From: a virus
Lineage: Duplodnaviria > Caudoviricetes
DNA length: 57,986 nucleotides
Direction: 5' to 3' (one strand)
Virus record (IMG/VR): IMGVR_UViG_3300043451_000103
Coordinates: 1 to 57,986 of that record
Under the pieces are notes generated by a model. The model ran no database searches. It was not told the DNA's origin and worked only from the letters and a program-made list of their open reading frames with translations. This document shows positions 1 through 9,400 of the stretch, in pieces (the stretch's first letter is position 1; the number at the start of each line of letters is the position of its first letter). The position numbers and the translations under genes are program-made.

Positions 1-2
1 TA

Positions 3-716
3 GCAGCTGCACTTGCTGATAATCCAAACTATGCAACTGACATGGCTGCACAGCTATCTACAGCAGATTCAAATGCTCAGGGATATGCTAGTACAGCTCA
101 GACTAATGCAGAAACTTATGCTTCTGGATTAGTCGGACAGGAGGTGATTGACCGTAACTCTGCAATTTCAACTGCTATCAATGCACTTATTACAGATGAT
201 GTTGAAGAGGGTACTGTTAATCTATATTTCACTGCTGAGAGGGCAATCAGTGCAGTTGGTGGAACCATTGGTGACGCAATTAATGCACTGACAACAAACG
301 ACATCGAAGAGGGATCCTCCAACCTCTACTTTACCGATGCTCGTGCTGTGTCAGCACTTGAAGCAGTAGTTCCAAACTTTACAGAGATTGATATTAACTC
401 TGTTGCAACTCAGGTTGCTGCAACTCAATCAGTTGCTGTAGCTAGTCAGGTAGTTGCACACCAGTTTGCAAACTCAGCACACCGTTCAGCTGAATATACA
501 GTCAAGGTGGCTCATGGATCACACACTGAACTTTCAAAGGTAATGATTACTCTTGATTCTTCAGACAACGTTGCTATCACAGAGTATGCAATTGTTGGAA
601 CAAATGGTTCAGCATCAACAATTTCTGCTGATGTAAATGCTGGAAACGTAAGACTGCTTGTTACAACAGCTAACAACAACTCTATCGTTACAGTAGTAGG
701 AACACTTATCGCTTAA
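3..716 (+). CDS. Virion fibre/structural protein, 5'-truncated
   Basis: Frame is open from position 3 (AAALADNPNYATDM, resembling the DTLxELAAAL..D.N.AT fibre motif), upstream of the ATG at 42. Two LTTxDxxEGxxNLYFTxxRA repeats. Confidence 0.7.
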   Translation, partial: AAALADNPNYATDMAAQLSTADSNAQGYASTAQTNAETYASGLVGQEVIDRNSAISTAINALITDDVEEGTVNLYFTAERAISAVGGTIGDAINALTTNDIEEGSSNLYFTDARAVSALEAVVPNFTEIDINSVATQVAATQSVAVASQVVAHQFANSAHRSAEYTVKVAHGSHTELSKVMITLDSSDNVAITEYAIVGTNGSASTISADVNAGNVRLLVTTANNNSIVTVVGTLIA

Positions 717-740
717 GATAATTTAAAGGGAGTATAGTAG

Positions 741-1202
741 ATGGCAACAGTAAACAAGGATTTCAAGGTTAAACATGGAATTCAGGTAGCAGAAGGTGGT
801 GTATTTGGTGGCCCAGTGGTGGCATCAGATCCAACTGATGATACTCATGTAGTAACACGTGGGTATTTGAATTCACAAGCATCTGGTATTACTGTTGCCT
901 CTACTGCTCCTGAAAGTCCAGCCACAGGTAAGATGTGGTTTGATACAGTAACAAAAAGAATTAACATTTATGATGAAACAAATGGTTGGATGACAGTAGC
1001 CAACATTGATGATACGTTGACAGTGCCTCAGCACATTCACGATACATCTATTGGTGGTAATGGACTAATTACAACTAGTTTCCGTGAAGGTGGGTCAATC
1101 CCAGCAAGCCCTATGTCTAGTGGAATTGATGGCGGTAGCCCATCATCAACAGAGTTTACTCTAATTTTTGATGGTGGATCAGTTACTGATAATTTTAACT
1201 AA
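741..1202 (+). CDS. Small virion structural/fibre-associated protein
   Basis: RBS AAGGGAG; TAPESPATGKMWFDT fibre motif; C-terminal DGG repeats. Confidence 0.6.
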   Translation: MATVNKDFKVKHGIQVAEGGVFGGPVVASDPTDDTHVVTRGYLNSQASGITVASTAPESPATGKMWFDTVTKRINIYDETNGWMTVANIDDTLTVPQHIHDTSIGGNGLITTSFREGGSIPASPMSSGIDGGSPSSTEFTLIFDGGSVTDNFN

Positions 1203-1259
1203 AAATAGGATATAATATAAGTATTTGGTGCATAATTGCACTATTGGAGGAGAATATAA

Positions 1260-2903
1260 ATGGCAACAAGAATGCAGCAACGCAGAGGAACTGCAGAGCA
1301 GTGGACATCTGCTAACCCAGTACTAGCAGCTGGTGAAATCGGTTTTGAAACTGATACCAATCAGTTTAAGATGGGTGATGGCACCACTACCTGGGCAAAC
1401 TTGTCATACTTTAAGAACCTAGAAGATCTAGGTGGAAGTCTTGATGACTATATTCTCCTTACAGAAAAGGGTGCAGCTAATGGTGTAGCTACACTTGATG
1501 GCACTGCACAGATTCCTGTTACACAACTTGCTAATCTTATTCACAATGCCCCAAATACTTTAGATACTCTTAATGAAATTGCTGCAGCAATTACTGATGC
1601 AAATGGTATTGTAAATACTGCAATTGAATCAGCTATTGATGCTGAGGTTATTGCAAGAAACTCTGCAATTACTACTGCTAATGACACTATTAGCACCAGA
1701 ATTGATGGAGTTGACACAAGAATTGACGGAATTGACACAAGAATTAATGGCGTTGATGCAACAATCCTAGGTCTAACTACAGATGCAGTCCCTCAAACTG
1801 AAACAAATCAGTATTTTACAAATGAGAAAGCACAAGATGCTGTAGCATCAATGATTTCTGGTTCTGGTGGTATTACTGCAACATATAATGATACAGCAAA
1901 CACACTAACCATTGCAACTGACTCTACAATTGCTACTACATCTGGAGTAGCAACTGCAGTTTCTAATCACAACTCTGCAACCACTAACGTGCACGGTATT
2001 TCAGATACTGCCAACCTAGTCTATACAAATGATTCACGTCTTTCAGATACACGTACACCAACTGATAATACAGTAGCTACTGGAAAGATCGTTGATGGAG
2101 CAGTAACATCTGCAAAGATTGCTGATGGAACAATTGTTAATGCTGACATTAATGGTTCAGCTGCAATTGCAACATCTAAGATCGCTGGGCTTGACTCTGC
2201 TCTTGCAGCTAAGGCCCCTCTAGCAGCACCAGCACTTACTGGAAATGCTACAGCAGAAAACCTTACAATTTCAGGTAATCTAACTGTAAACGGTACAACT
2301 ACAACTGTATCATCTGCAAACCTAGAGCTTACAGACTCACTAATCTACCTATCATCAACACAGTACGATACAGATATTGTAGATATTGGTATCTTTGGTG
2401 CATATGGAGATGCAAATGCTGGACACTTCCACACTGGTCTTGTTCGTGATGCCTCAGATGGCAAGTGGAAGCTTATCTCTGGTGGCTCAGAACCTACGAG
2501 CAACGTTGTTGATTTCTCAACAGCAACATATGACACCGTTAAACTAGGCGGAGTTGAATTCTCGGACGGTACTCAGGTTAAAGCAGGAGTTCCATCGCTA
2601 ACTACTATTAACCAGCAAACAGGTGCATATACTACTGTTCTAACAGACCGTGATAAGCTTATTGAGGTTAACTCAGCTTCAGGAGTTACAGTTACAATTC
2701 CAACAAATGCTTCAGTAGCATATCCAGTAGGAACATCATTTGATATTCTTCAAACTGGAGCAGGACAGATTACAATTGCTGGAGCAGCAGGTGTAACTGT
2801 AAATGCAACACCAGGACTAAAGCTACGTACTCAGTGGTCATCTGCAACTCTATTTAAGAGAGCTACAGATACTTGGGTAGTATATGGCGACTTGTCAGCA
2901 TAG
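1260..2903 (+). CDS. Tail fibre-like protein with N-terminal Mtd_N/hyaluronidase-like domain
   Basis: N-terminus QQRRGTAEQWTSANPVLAAGEIGFETDTNQFKMGDG; APNTLDTLNEIAAA motif; KIxDGxV repeats; RBS GGAGGAG. Confidence 0.75.
   Translation: MATRMQQRRGTAEQWTSANPVLAAGEIGFETDTNQFKMGDGTTTWANLSYFKNLEDLGGSLDDYILLTEKGAANGVATLDGTAQIPVTQLANLIHNAPNTLDTLNEIAAAITDANGIVNTAIESAIDAEVIARNSAITTANDTISTRIDGVDTRIDGIDTRINGVDATILGLTTDAVPQTETNQYFTNEKAQDAVASMISGSGGITATYNDTANTLTIATDSTIATTSGVATAVSNHNSATTNVHGISDTANLVYTNDSRLSDTRTPTDNTVATGKIVDGAVTSAKIADGTIVNADINGSAAIATSKIAGLDSALAAKAPLAAPALTGNATAENLTISGNLTVNGTTTTVSSANLELTDSLIYLSSTQYDTDIVDIGIFGAYGDANAGHFHTGLVRDASDGKWKLISGGSEPTSNVVDFSTATYDTVKLGGVEFSDGTQVKAGVPSLTTINQQTGAYTTVLTDRDKLIEVNSASGVTVTIPTNASVAYPVGTSFDILQTGAGQITIAGAAGVTVNATPGLKLRTQWSSATLFKRATDTWVVYGDLSA
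1695..1757 (+). repeat. 3 x 21-nt coding tandem repeat (TRIDGVD/TRIDGID/TRINGVD heptads)
   Basis: Read directly from the sequence. Confidence 0.85.
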
Positions 2904-2929
2904 TTAGATTTAGAATAGGAAGTATATAG

Positions 2930-3721
2930 ATGAGTAAAAGAGCTGGAAAGCATTCACAGCAAGCAAATGACTTCTTGCAGCCATTGGCACCAACTAGCGT
3001 TGTGGCTACTGACGTTGGAACTGGTAGAGCATTTAATGATGGTGCTGCATCTGTAGCGTTTTCACTACCATCCAATTCACAACCAGCAATATCATATACT
3101 GTTACTGCATCAACTGGTCAAACTGCAACTGGAGCATCTTCTCCAATTGTGGTTGGTGGTATTGCATCTGGTGCTACACCAACATTTACTGTTACTGCTA
3201 CAAACTCATATGGAACATCATCAGCATCAGTTGCATCAGCAGCTATTACTATCACAACTGTTCCAGATGTTCCAACTGGAGTGTCAGCATCATCTCCTTC
3301 TGGAGCTACATATGATACTGTTACCTGGACTGCCCCAGTAAATAATGGTGGTAAGGCAATTACTAATTATCACGTAACATCATCCGACGGTAAGGCTGGA
3401 GACACAGCATCTACAACTATTAATATTGGCCAGGAAGCTGGAACAGCTCAAACTTATCAGGTTTATGCTACAAATGCTAATGGTAACTCAGCTACTTCAG
3501 CTGCATCTGGGTCTGTAACAACCTTCTCATTTGTTCCATTCTCAGTATTCAGCTTCTTTGGAGTCTTTAGCTTCTTTGGTGTATTTGGCTTTGTGCCAAC
3601 CTTTGGAGTATTTGGTTTTGTGCCATTCTCAGTATTTGGATTCTTTGGTGTATTTGGGTTCGTTCCAACATTCAGTGTCTTTGGATTTACTCCTACATTT
3701 AGTGTATTTGGTTTTAGATAA
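2930..3721 (+). CDS. Fibronectin type III domain protein with C-terminal Phe-rich repeat tail
   Basis: Two FN3-like segments (PLAPTSVVA...FTVTATNSYGTS; PDVPTGVSA...VTWTAPVNNGGKAITNYHV...YQVYATNANGNS), then a 65-aa F/G/S/V/P/T tail. Confidence 0.8.
   Translation: MSKRAGKHSQQANDFLQPLAPTSVVATDVGTGRAFNDGAASVAFSLPSNSQPAISYTVTASTGQTATGASSPIVVGGIASGATPTFTVTATNSYGTSSASVASAAITITTVPDVPTGVSASSPSGATYDTVTWTAPVNNGGKAITNYHVTSSDGKAGDTASTTINIGQEAGTAQTYQVYATNANGNSATSAASGSVTTFSFVPFSVFSFFGVFSFFGVFGFVPTFGVFGFVPFSVFGFFGVFGFVPTFSVFGFTPTFSVFGFR
3524..3718 (+). repeat. Coding repeat: 8 x F-[S/G]-V-F-[S/G]-F with VP/VPT/TPT spacers
   Basis: Seen in the translation; codons vary synonymously between units. Confidence 0.9.
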
Positions 3722-3741
3722 TCACATAAGTCTCTGCTATG

Positions 3742-3750
3742 GTGTATAAT
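3742..3750 (+). promoter_or_regulatory. Putative -10 promoter element for the oxygenase cluster
   Basis: GTGTATAAT (TATAAT 3745-3750) in the intergenic gap; no -35 seen. Confidence 0.5.
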
Positions 3751-3772
3751 ATATACATACATAGAACGGAGT

Positions 3773-4438
3773 ATGAGGATGTATAAGGACCAAACTCCCC
3801 TACGAAGCATAAGCAAGACAACGCAGGGGCACAAATTTTTTGAACGTTACCTTAATAATGATCTAGATGTGTTGACAAAAGAGCTACAGTCTAGATATGA
3901 GCTGATTGAGCAGGCTAAGCTTCCAGGTGTGACACCAGTAAGCCCTTTTGAAGCATGGAAAGATTCTAATAGTATCTCAACAATGAAGTGGAGACAGTAC
4001 AATGTTTTCCAATTCCATATTGATGGAATCTATGAGCTATATAAGGCTATTGGTGATATGGTTAGAGAAGCCTGTGATCACTATGAAATTGACTTTGAAG
4101 AACAAAAGTTTATGATTCAGGGATGGTTTAATATTAATCACTCTGGAAATGGAAAGCTTAACTGGCACGAACATGGTGGTCCAGGAGCACCTGACTTCCA
4201 TGGATATTATTCAGTTGCAGCAGAGCCATCATCAACCCATTACATTGTTTTTGACAATGAGGTTGAAAATATTAATAAAAATAACCGTGCTATTCTTTCA
4301 GAAATGGGACATCCACACGCAATGGGTGATTGGTCATGGGATGGTCCAAGAATTACTGTTGCATATGATGTAACTCCACTAGAGTATCTAAAACGTGGAG
4401 GATATTCTCAAGAACAGCATTGGATTCCATTACGATGA
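3773..4438 (+). CDS. Putative His-rich 2OG-Fe(II)/cupin-fold oxygenase (TIGR02466-like), paralog 1
   Basis: GWFN...WHEH...HGYY...HPH...RITVAYD, matching the HxH...H...RIS-type DSBH pattern. Confidence 0.65.
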   Translation: MRMYKDQTPLRSISKTTQGHKFFERYLNNDLDVLTKELQSRYELIEQAKLPGVTPVSPFEAWKDSNSISTMKWRQYNVFQFHIDGIYELYKAIGDMVREACDHYEIDFEEQKFMIQGWFNINHSGNGKLNWHEHGGPGAPDFHGYYSVAAEPSSTHYIVFDNEVENINKNNRAILSEMGHPHAMGDWSWDGPRITVAYDVTPLEYLKRGGYSQEQHWIPLR

Positions 4439-5112
4439 TTTCTATGAACAAGCCACCACAAAAATTTTTTGAAAGATATCTAGATGTCACACAAGAAGAT
4501 CTAGATAATTTGTATGATTTTTGCATTGCTCGTGAAAAAGATATGCTTGATGGAAAGTTTCCAGGAATTGCCTCAGAAGAAGCAAAGTCATATTATGAAA
4601 AAGGCGGTATGACTACTAGAACTTTGGGAAAGTATAATGTTTTTCAATTGCATCACCCAGTAATAAGAAAGTTGCTTGGTGCTGTAAGAGATATGACAAA
4701 AGAAGCTTGCGAATACTACGGTACCGATTTTGAGTCAGAAGCATACTATATTCAAGGTTGGATTAATATAGAACCAGCTGACCATGGAGATGCAGAGTTT
4801 TATGCACAAACAATGATTGAGCCTAATCTTCACGAACATTGTGGTGGATTGGGAATTCCTGATCTGCATGGGTACTTTTCTGTATTTGCAGAACCATCTG
4901 TAACACATTATAGAATTGACAAGGTGACTCCATTTGAAAATATTAATAAAAACTTCAGAGCAGTGCTTTCTGAAACTGGTCACCCACATACACGTGGATG
5001 GTGGGGTAACCATGATAAGCGTAGAATCACAATAGCTTACGATACCAGAAGTATTCATGATATTTCTGACGGAGATGCTGGATTGGAACAACATTGGATA
5101 CCTCTAGTATAG
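4435..5112 (+). CDS. Putative His-rich oxygenase, paralog 2
   Basis: GWIN...LHEH...HGYF...HPH...RITIAYD. ATG 4435 overlaps the upstream stop (ATGA); the ORF track starts at TTG 4420. Confidence 0.65.
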   Translation: MISMNKPPQKFFERYLDVTQEDLDNLYDFCIAREKDMLDGKFPGIASEEAKSYYEKGGMTTRTLGKYNVFQLHHPVIRKLLGAVRDMTKEACEYYGTDFESEAYYIQGWINIEPADHGDAEFYAQTMIEPNLHEHCGGLGIPDLHGYFSVFAEPSVTHYRIDKVTPFENINKNFRAVLSETGHPHTRGWWGNHDKRRITIAYDTRSIHDISDGDAGLEQHWIPLV

Positions 5113-5759
5113 TTAAAGATCATAAGTTCTTCACCAGAGATCTGTCAATAGATCTTTCAAAACTATTAAACTGGACTATTGATCTTGATAATAAGATCAG
5201 ATCTGGTAAGTTTAAAATAGGTGCAAGTAAAGAAATTCTTGATATTTATAAAAATCAAGCTTCTGGTGCAGGCACTGCACTATTATCTCATTATAATATT
5301 TTTGAAATGGGTAATTCAGATCTTAATATTCTAAAAAATGCAATAAATGATGCATTGCTAGAAGCTTGTAATTATTACGGTATTGACTATGATTCTGAAG
5401 AGTGGTACCTGCATGGATGGTATAACAGAAATGATAAAGATGTCATGTGGGATGTTTCTCCTATTGATAATGAAGATAAGTGGCACGAACATATGAATGG
5501 TGTTGGTGCACCAGTATTTCATGGTTATTATTGTGTAAATGCAGAACCATCCGTAACTGTATACAAGATATTTAAGAATCCTGAAAATATTAAGGTTAAT
5601 GTAAATAAAAATAATAGAATGGTTTTATCAGAGGTAGGGCATCCACATGGCATGGGTAATTGGAGAGTGGATGATACAAGGATTACTTTAGCATATGATG
5701 TAGCTCCAAGAGCATATATTAGTGATGAAGATGCACAAACATGGACAAGGCTTAACTAA
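5094..5759 (+). CDS. Putative His-rich oxygenase, paralog 3
   Basis: GWYN...WHEH...HGYY...HPH...RITLAYD. TTG start is needed to include the conserved HKFFxRxL N-terminal motif. Confidence 0.65.
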   Translation: MDTSSIVKDHKFFTRDLSIDLSKLLNWTIDLDNKIRSGKFKIGASKEILDIYKNQASGAGTALLSHYNIFEMGNSDLNILKNAINDALLEACNYYGIDYDSEEWYLHGWYNRNDKDVMWDVSPIDNEDKWHEHMNGVGAPVFHGYYCVNAEPSVTVYKIFKNPENIKVNVNKNNRMVLSEVGHPHGMGNWRVDDTRITLAYDVAPRAYISDEDAQTWTRLN

Positions 5760-5914
5760 TGAAAAATTGGATCCTCAGAATAAAATGTTTTATACTAGGG
5801 CATAGAGTTGTTCAAGGTACAAAGTGTCCAGTAACTGGAATAGTTAGATTGGACTGTTTATCTTGTGGAGACTCTAATATGCCAAAACACAGCGGTGAAA
5901 GTAGATTTAAATGA
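5759..5914 (+). CDS. 51-aa Cys/His-rich small protein (DUF1660-like, possible Zn binder)
   Basis: Not in the ORF track. MKNWILRIKCFILGHRVVQGTKCPVTGIVRLDCLSCGDSNMPKHSGESRFK; TAATG and ATGA overlaps with both neighbours. Confidence 0.7.
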   Translation: MKNWILRIKCFILGHRVVQGTKCPVTGIVRLDCLSCGDSNMPKHSGESRFK

Positions 5915-6438
5915 ATAAGACAGATCAAATTAAATATATTAAAGGTTTTGTGCCAAAAGATGTAGTTGATAAAATTCATGCATACTCAGTAAAGCATGAT
6001 TCAGAGTTCACAGAATACGGTAACAATGAAAAAGAGTTTACCGTAAATGTATTTAAAGATATGACACAGGAAACAAATGATATTCGTGCACTAGTAACAG
6101 AGTGGGGGATGAAAGTTTATGAGTTTGTTCTTGAAAACTATGGAGATAATTTTAAGCCATTTGATCCTATGATGTCTCATATTGCTAGATTTGAGCCAGG
6201 ATGGGGAATGCATGAACATTTTGATGCTGGCAAACCAAATGATATTGCAACATTAATTTATATAAATAATGACTATTTGGGTGGAGATATATACTTCCCA
6301 GAATATGGTATATCTCATAAGCCAGAGCCAGGAGACCTTCTTACATTCCCAGATAATCCAGACTATGTACATGGAGTTAAGTCAATTTCTGAGGGTATTA
6401 GGTATACAACTCCACGCTGGTTTACACGTATAGTATGA
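5911..6438 (+). CDS. Prolyl 4-hydroxylase-like 2OG-Fe(II) oxygenase
   Basis: HFD...YINNDYLGGDIYFP...PEPGDLLTFP...HGV...GIRYT canonical motifs. Confidence 0.85.
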   Translation: MNKTDQIKYIKGFVPKDVVDKIHAYSVKHDSEFTEYGNNEKEFTVNVFKDMTQETNDIRALVTEWGMKVYEFVLENYGDNFKPFDPMMSHIARFEPGWGMHEHFDAGKPNDIATLIYINNDYLGGDIYFPEYGISHKPEPGDLLTFPDNPDYVHGVKSISEGIRYTTPRWFTRIV

Positions 6439-6453
6439 TAAAATAGATGTACA

Positions 6454-9400
6454 ATGACTACATCTTTAAGCCTTTATTCATCTAAAATTCTAAGTGAGCA
6501 TCCACTAGGTCACTGGCCACTTCAGGATAAAGCAGACTACGTTTCTATGCTTTCAAAAACTAAGAGCGACTTGTCTGGATGGACAAAGGTTTCTAGTGAT
6601 ACAGATGTTTCCTTAGTATCAGCATCAGATGCTCCAATGTCTTCAGAATCAGTTTTTAAGATATCAACCCATAACCTTGGATCTTCAAGCATTAAAACTG
6701 TAACAGTACTGAGCGATACAATATCAGATTTCTCGCAACTAGATAGTTTTCTATCTACATTCACACTATCAACATTCTTATATTCATATGCTGAAAACAC
6801 CCAATCTGTTTCTATTGGCTTTGTATATGATGATCCAACATATGGGACAGCAAGAGTCTCTAAGCGATTTACAATGCCGTTTGGAAATAAGTGGGTATTT
6901 CTATCTGAAACTTTTGATAGGCCATATAACCTATCTTCAGAATTTAAACTTTTTATAGAAATTGAATTTTTATCAAATAATACAACTGATGAGGTTTCGT
7001 TTTTAATTAATGGCCTATCTCTTGGCCAATGGTCAGAGGAATTTAACTCTACGTCTACTGGTATCATTCCAGAAGAGGTTATTGAAAATATTTATAGTCT
7101 TGGTCCAAATACAAAAGCGGTAAAGCTATTAGCATCTGCAGAATCAACAAAAGACGGATATTCAATTTGTAAGGGAACAAATATTCTTGGAAAAAAGAAC
7201 GGAATTCCTATGACATATGGGTCCGAAGCTTCATTCCAGATATCCCCAAATACTACTGGGAAGCCATCTGTGGTAATTCCTGGACTAGGGTTTTTAAACA
7301 AATCAGGAGCAAATAGAAACTACACCTTTGAGGCATGGATTAAAGTAGATCATTCACAAGATTCAGAGTTTAGGATAGTTGGTCCAGTAGCTTCAGATGA
7401 TGGGTTGTATGTAGATGGTCCTTTCTTAAAGCTAAGAATTGGAGATTTGCACACATCACATTATGTTGGAGAATGGTACAGGCCAATGCTTGTTCACATA
7501 ACAATTTCTAAAGATAGTGTAACCCTATTAGTAAATGGAGAGATTGTCGGAACCATTTCTATATCAAATGTTTCTTTACAGTTCCCTGACGAGGTCCTAG
7601 ATGGCATTGAGCAAGACTGGATTGGAATATATTCAAATTCTAAAATGTCAATATTTGAAATAAATGCTGTTTCTATATATACATATGTTGTTTCTAACAC
7701 AATTGCAAAAAGAAGATGGATCTATGGTCAAGGTGTAGAAAATCCAGAATCACTAAATGTTGCATATGGTGGTAAAAGTATTGCAGTAGATTATCAGTTT
7801 GCAAAGTATTCAAGTAATTATTCATACCCTAAGATTGGGGCATGGTCTAAAGGCCTTTCAAATAACCTTGCCACCAGTGGAGATTACTTAAAGATTCCTT
7901 CTTACAAGGGTATGTCTATAATATCTGCTTCAGCTACACAAGAAGCAATTTTAAAAGAAATGCTTAATGTTCAAAATGAAACTGAAAAATTTATTAAACT
8001 TCCTGAAAACTCTTATGGCTATTATGAAAATCTAGATATTCTGCCAGATGGAATAGAGTCTCTACATGTAGTTTATAAGACAATGTCCAATATAACAAAG
8101 CAAGAAACTCTCCTAGAACTAAAAGACAAGCTTACTGGAGATTACTTGTCTGTAAAATTATTTGATGGAAACATTAAATATTCTATAAATATTCTTGGCA
8201 AAACTTCCACACTAATTGAAACAATAGCTTATGTACATGGAGAGCAGTTTGCAATTGCAATTCACCTAAAACGAATGGCTCAATACTTTGGAAACGAGGT
8301 TGCTCTATTTTTATCAAAGTACAAGACCCTATCTTTATATCTTGGTGGAACTGGAAACAATGATACATTTTCTGGAAATATTTATTCAGTCTCTTTCTCA
8401 AATCTTCATGCTACAGAAAAATTATCAGAATATTTTGCTCCAAATGGATTAGTCTGGGATGCTGAGACAATTCAGAATGCTACTGGAGAATATGATGCTG
8501 GAATGTATAGTACTACATTCTGGGAATTTTTACTAGATGGAGGAAATCCAGCACAACATGCAAACTCTGGACTTATTCAAACATCCTATGCTAGCTATAA
8601 GGTATCTCCATATGCAGATAAAAGCACACTATATTTAGATGGATTTGTTAATGGAAGCTGGACTTCGTCAATTCCATTATCATATTTTGGAAAATACTCA
8701 AATACTCAATCTGGCAAGAAGACATACGATCTTGACTTTATTCAGTTTAACATTTCATACCCATCTCCTGCAAGCTCAGTAGCTATAACAGAATCTGATG
8801 CAGCATGGAGCTATCAAGATTTGTCATTAAAATTTGCAATACCATCACAAAAAAGATATAGTGATTTAGATAACCATCTATATACTGGATATGTAGACTA
8901 TACTGACCTTCAACATAACACTAGACAAACATATAAGTTTGATACTTCTAGGTCAATAATTAAAACATATATTTTCTTTAAGGATAATGCAATTGTAGAT
9001 AATTTTTCATCTAAATATTATTCTAATATAATTTCTGCACCAAGAGATGGGGTTATTCAGCCAGGGTCAGAATGGGTAAATACAAAATATGAAGTAGTAG
9101 ACAATATGATTATTTATCCACCAGCAAATGTAAAATTTGAAAATATTAATATCTATACAGAAATTGTAGTGTCTGTAGACAAAATATCAGAAAAACCAAT
9201 TGCTATTAACGGCCTTGAGTTATCTTCAGTCGTTTTGGATAATAATATAAGAACTCCAATTGGAACTAAATATGGAATTGACATTTATCCATTTACTGAA
9301 AATGGATTCTATTATGACTATAAGTCAAAAAATCCATTTAGCATTTATAAAGGAAGCACTCCATATTTATACCTTACAAAAACTAGCGGAATAAAGCTAA

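Noticed and set aside
1260-2903. Diversity-generating retroelement suggested by the Mtd_N-like domain
   Set aside because: No reverse transcriptase and no adenine-variable TR/VR pair were seen in the window.
3463-3834. Minus-strand ORF with NPKT/PNT repeats
   Set aside because: It is the antisense shadow of the Phe-rich repeat; the + frame is continuous with the FN3 domains and all neighbouring genes are on +.
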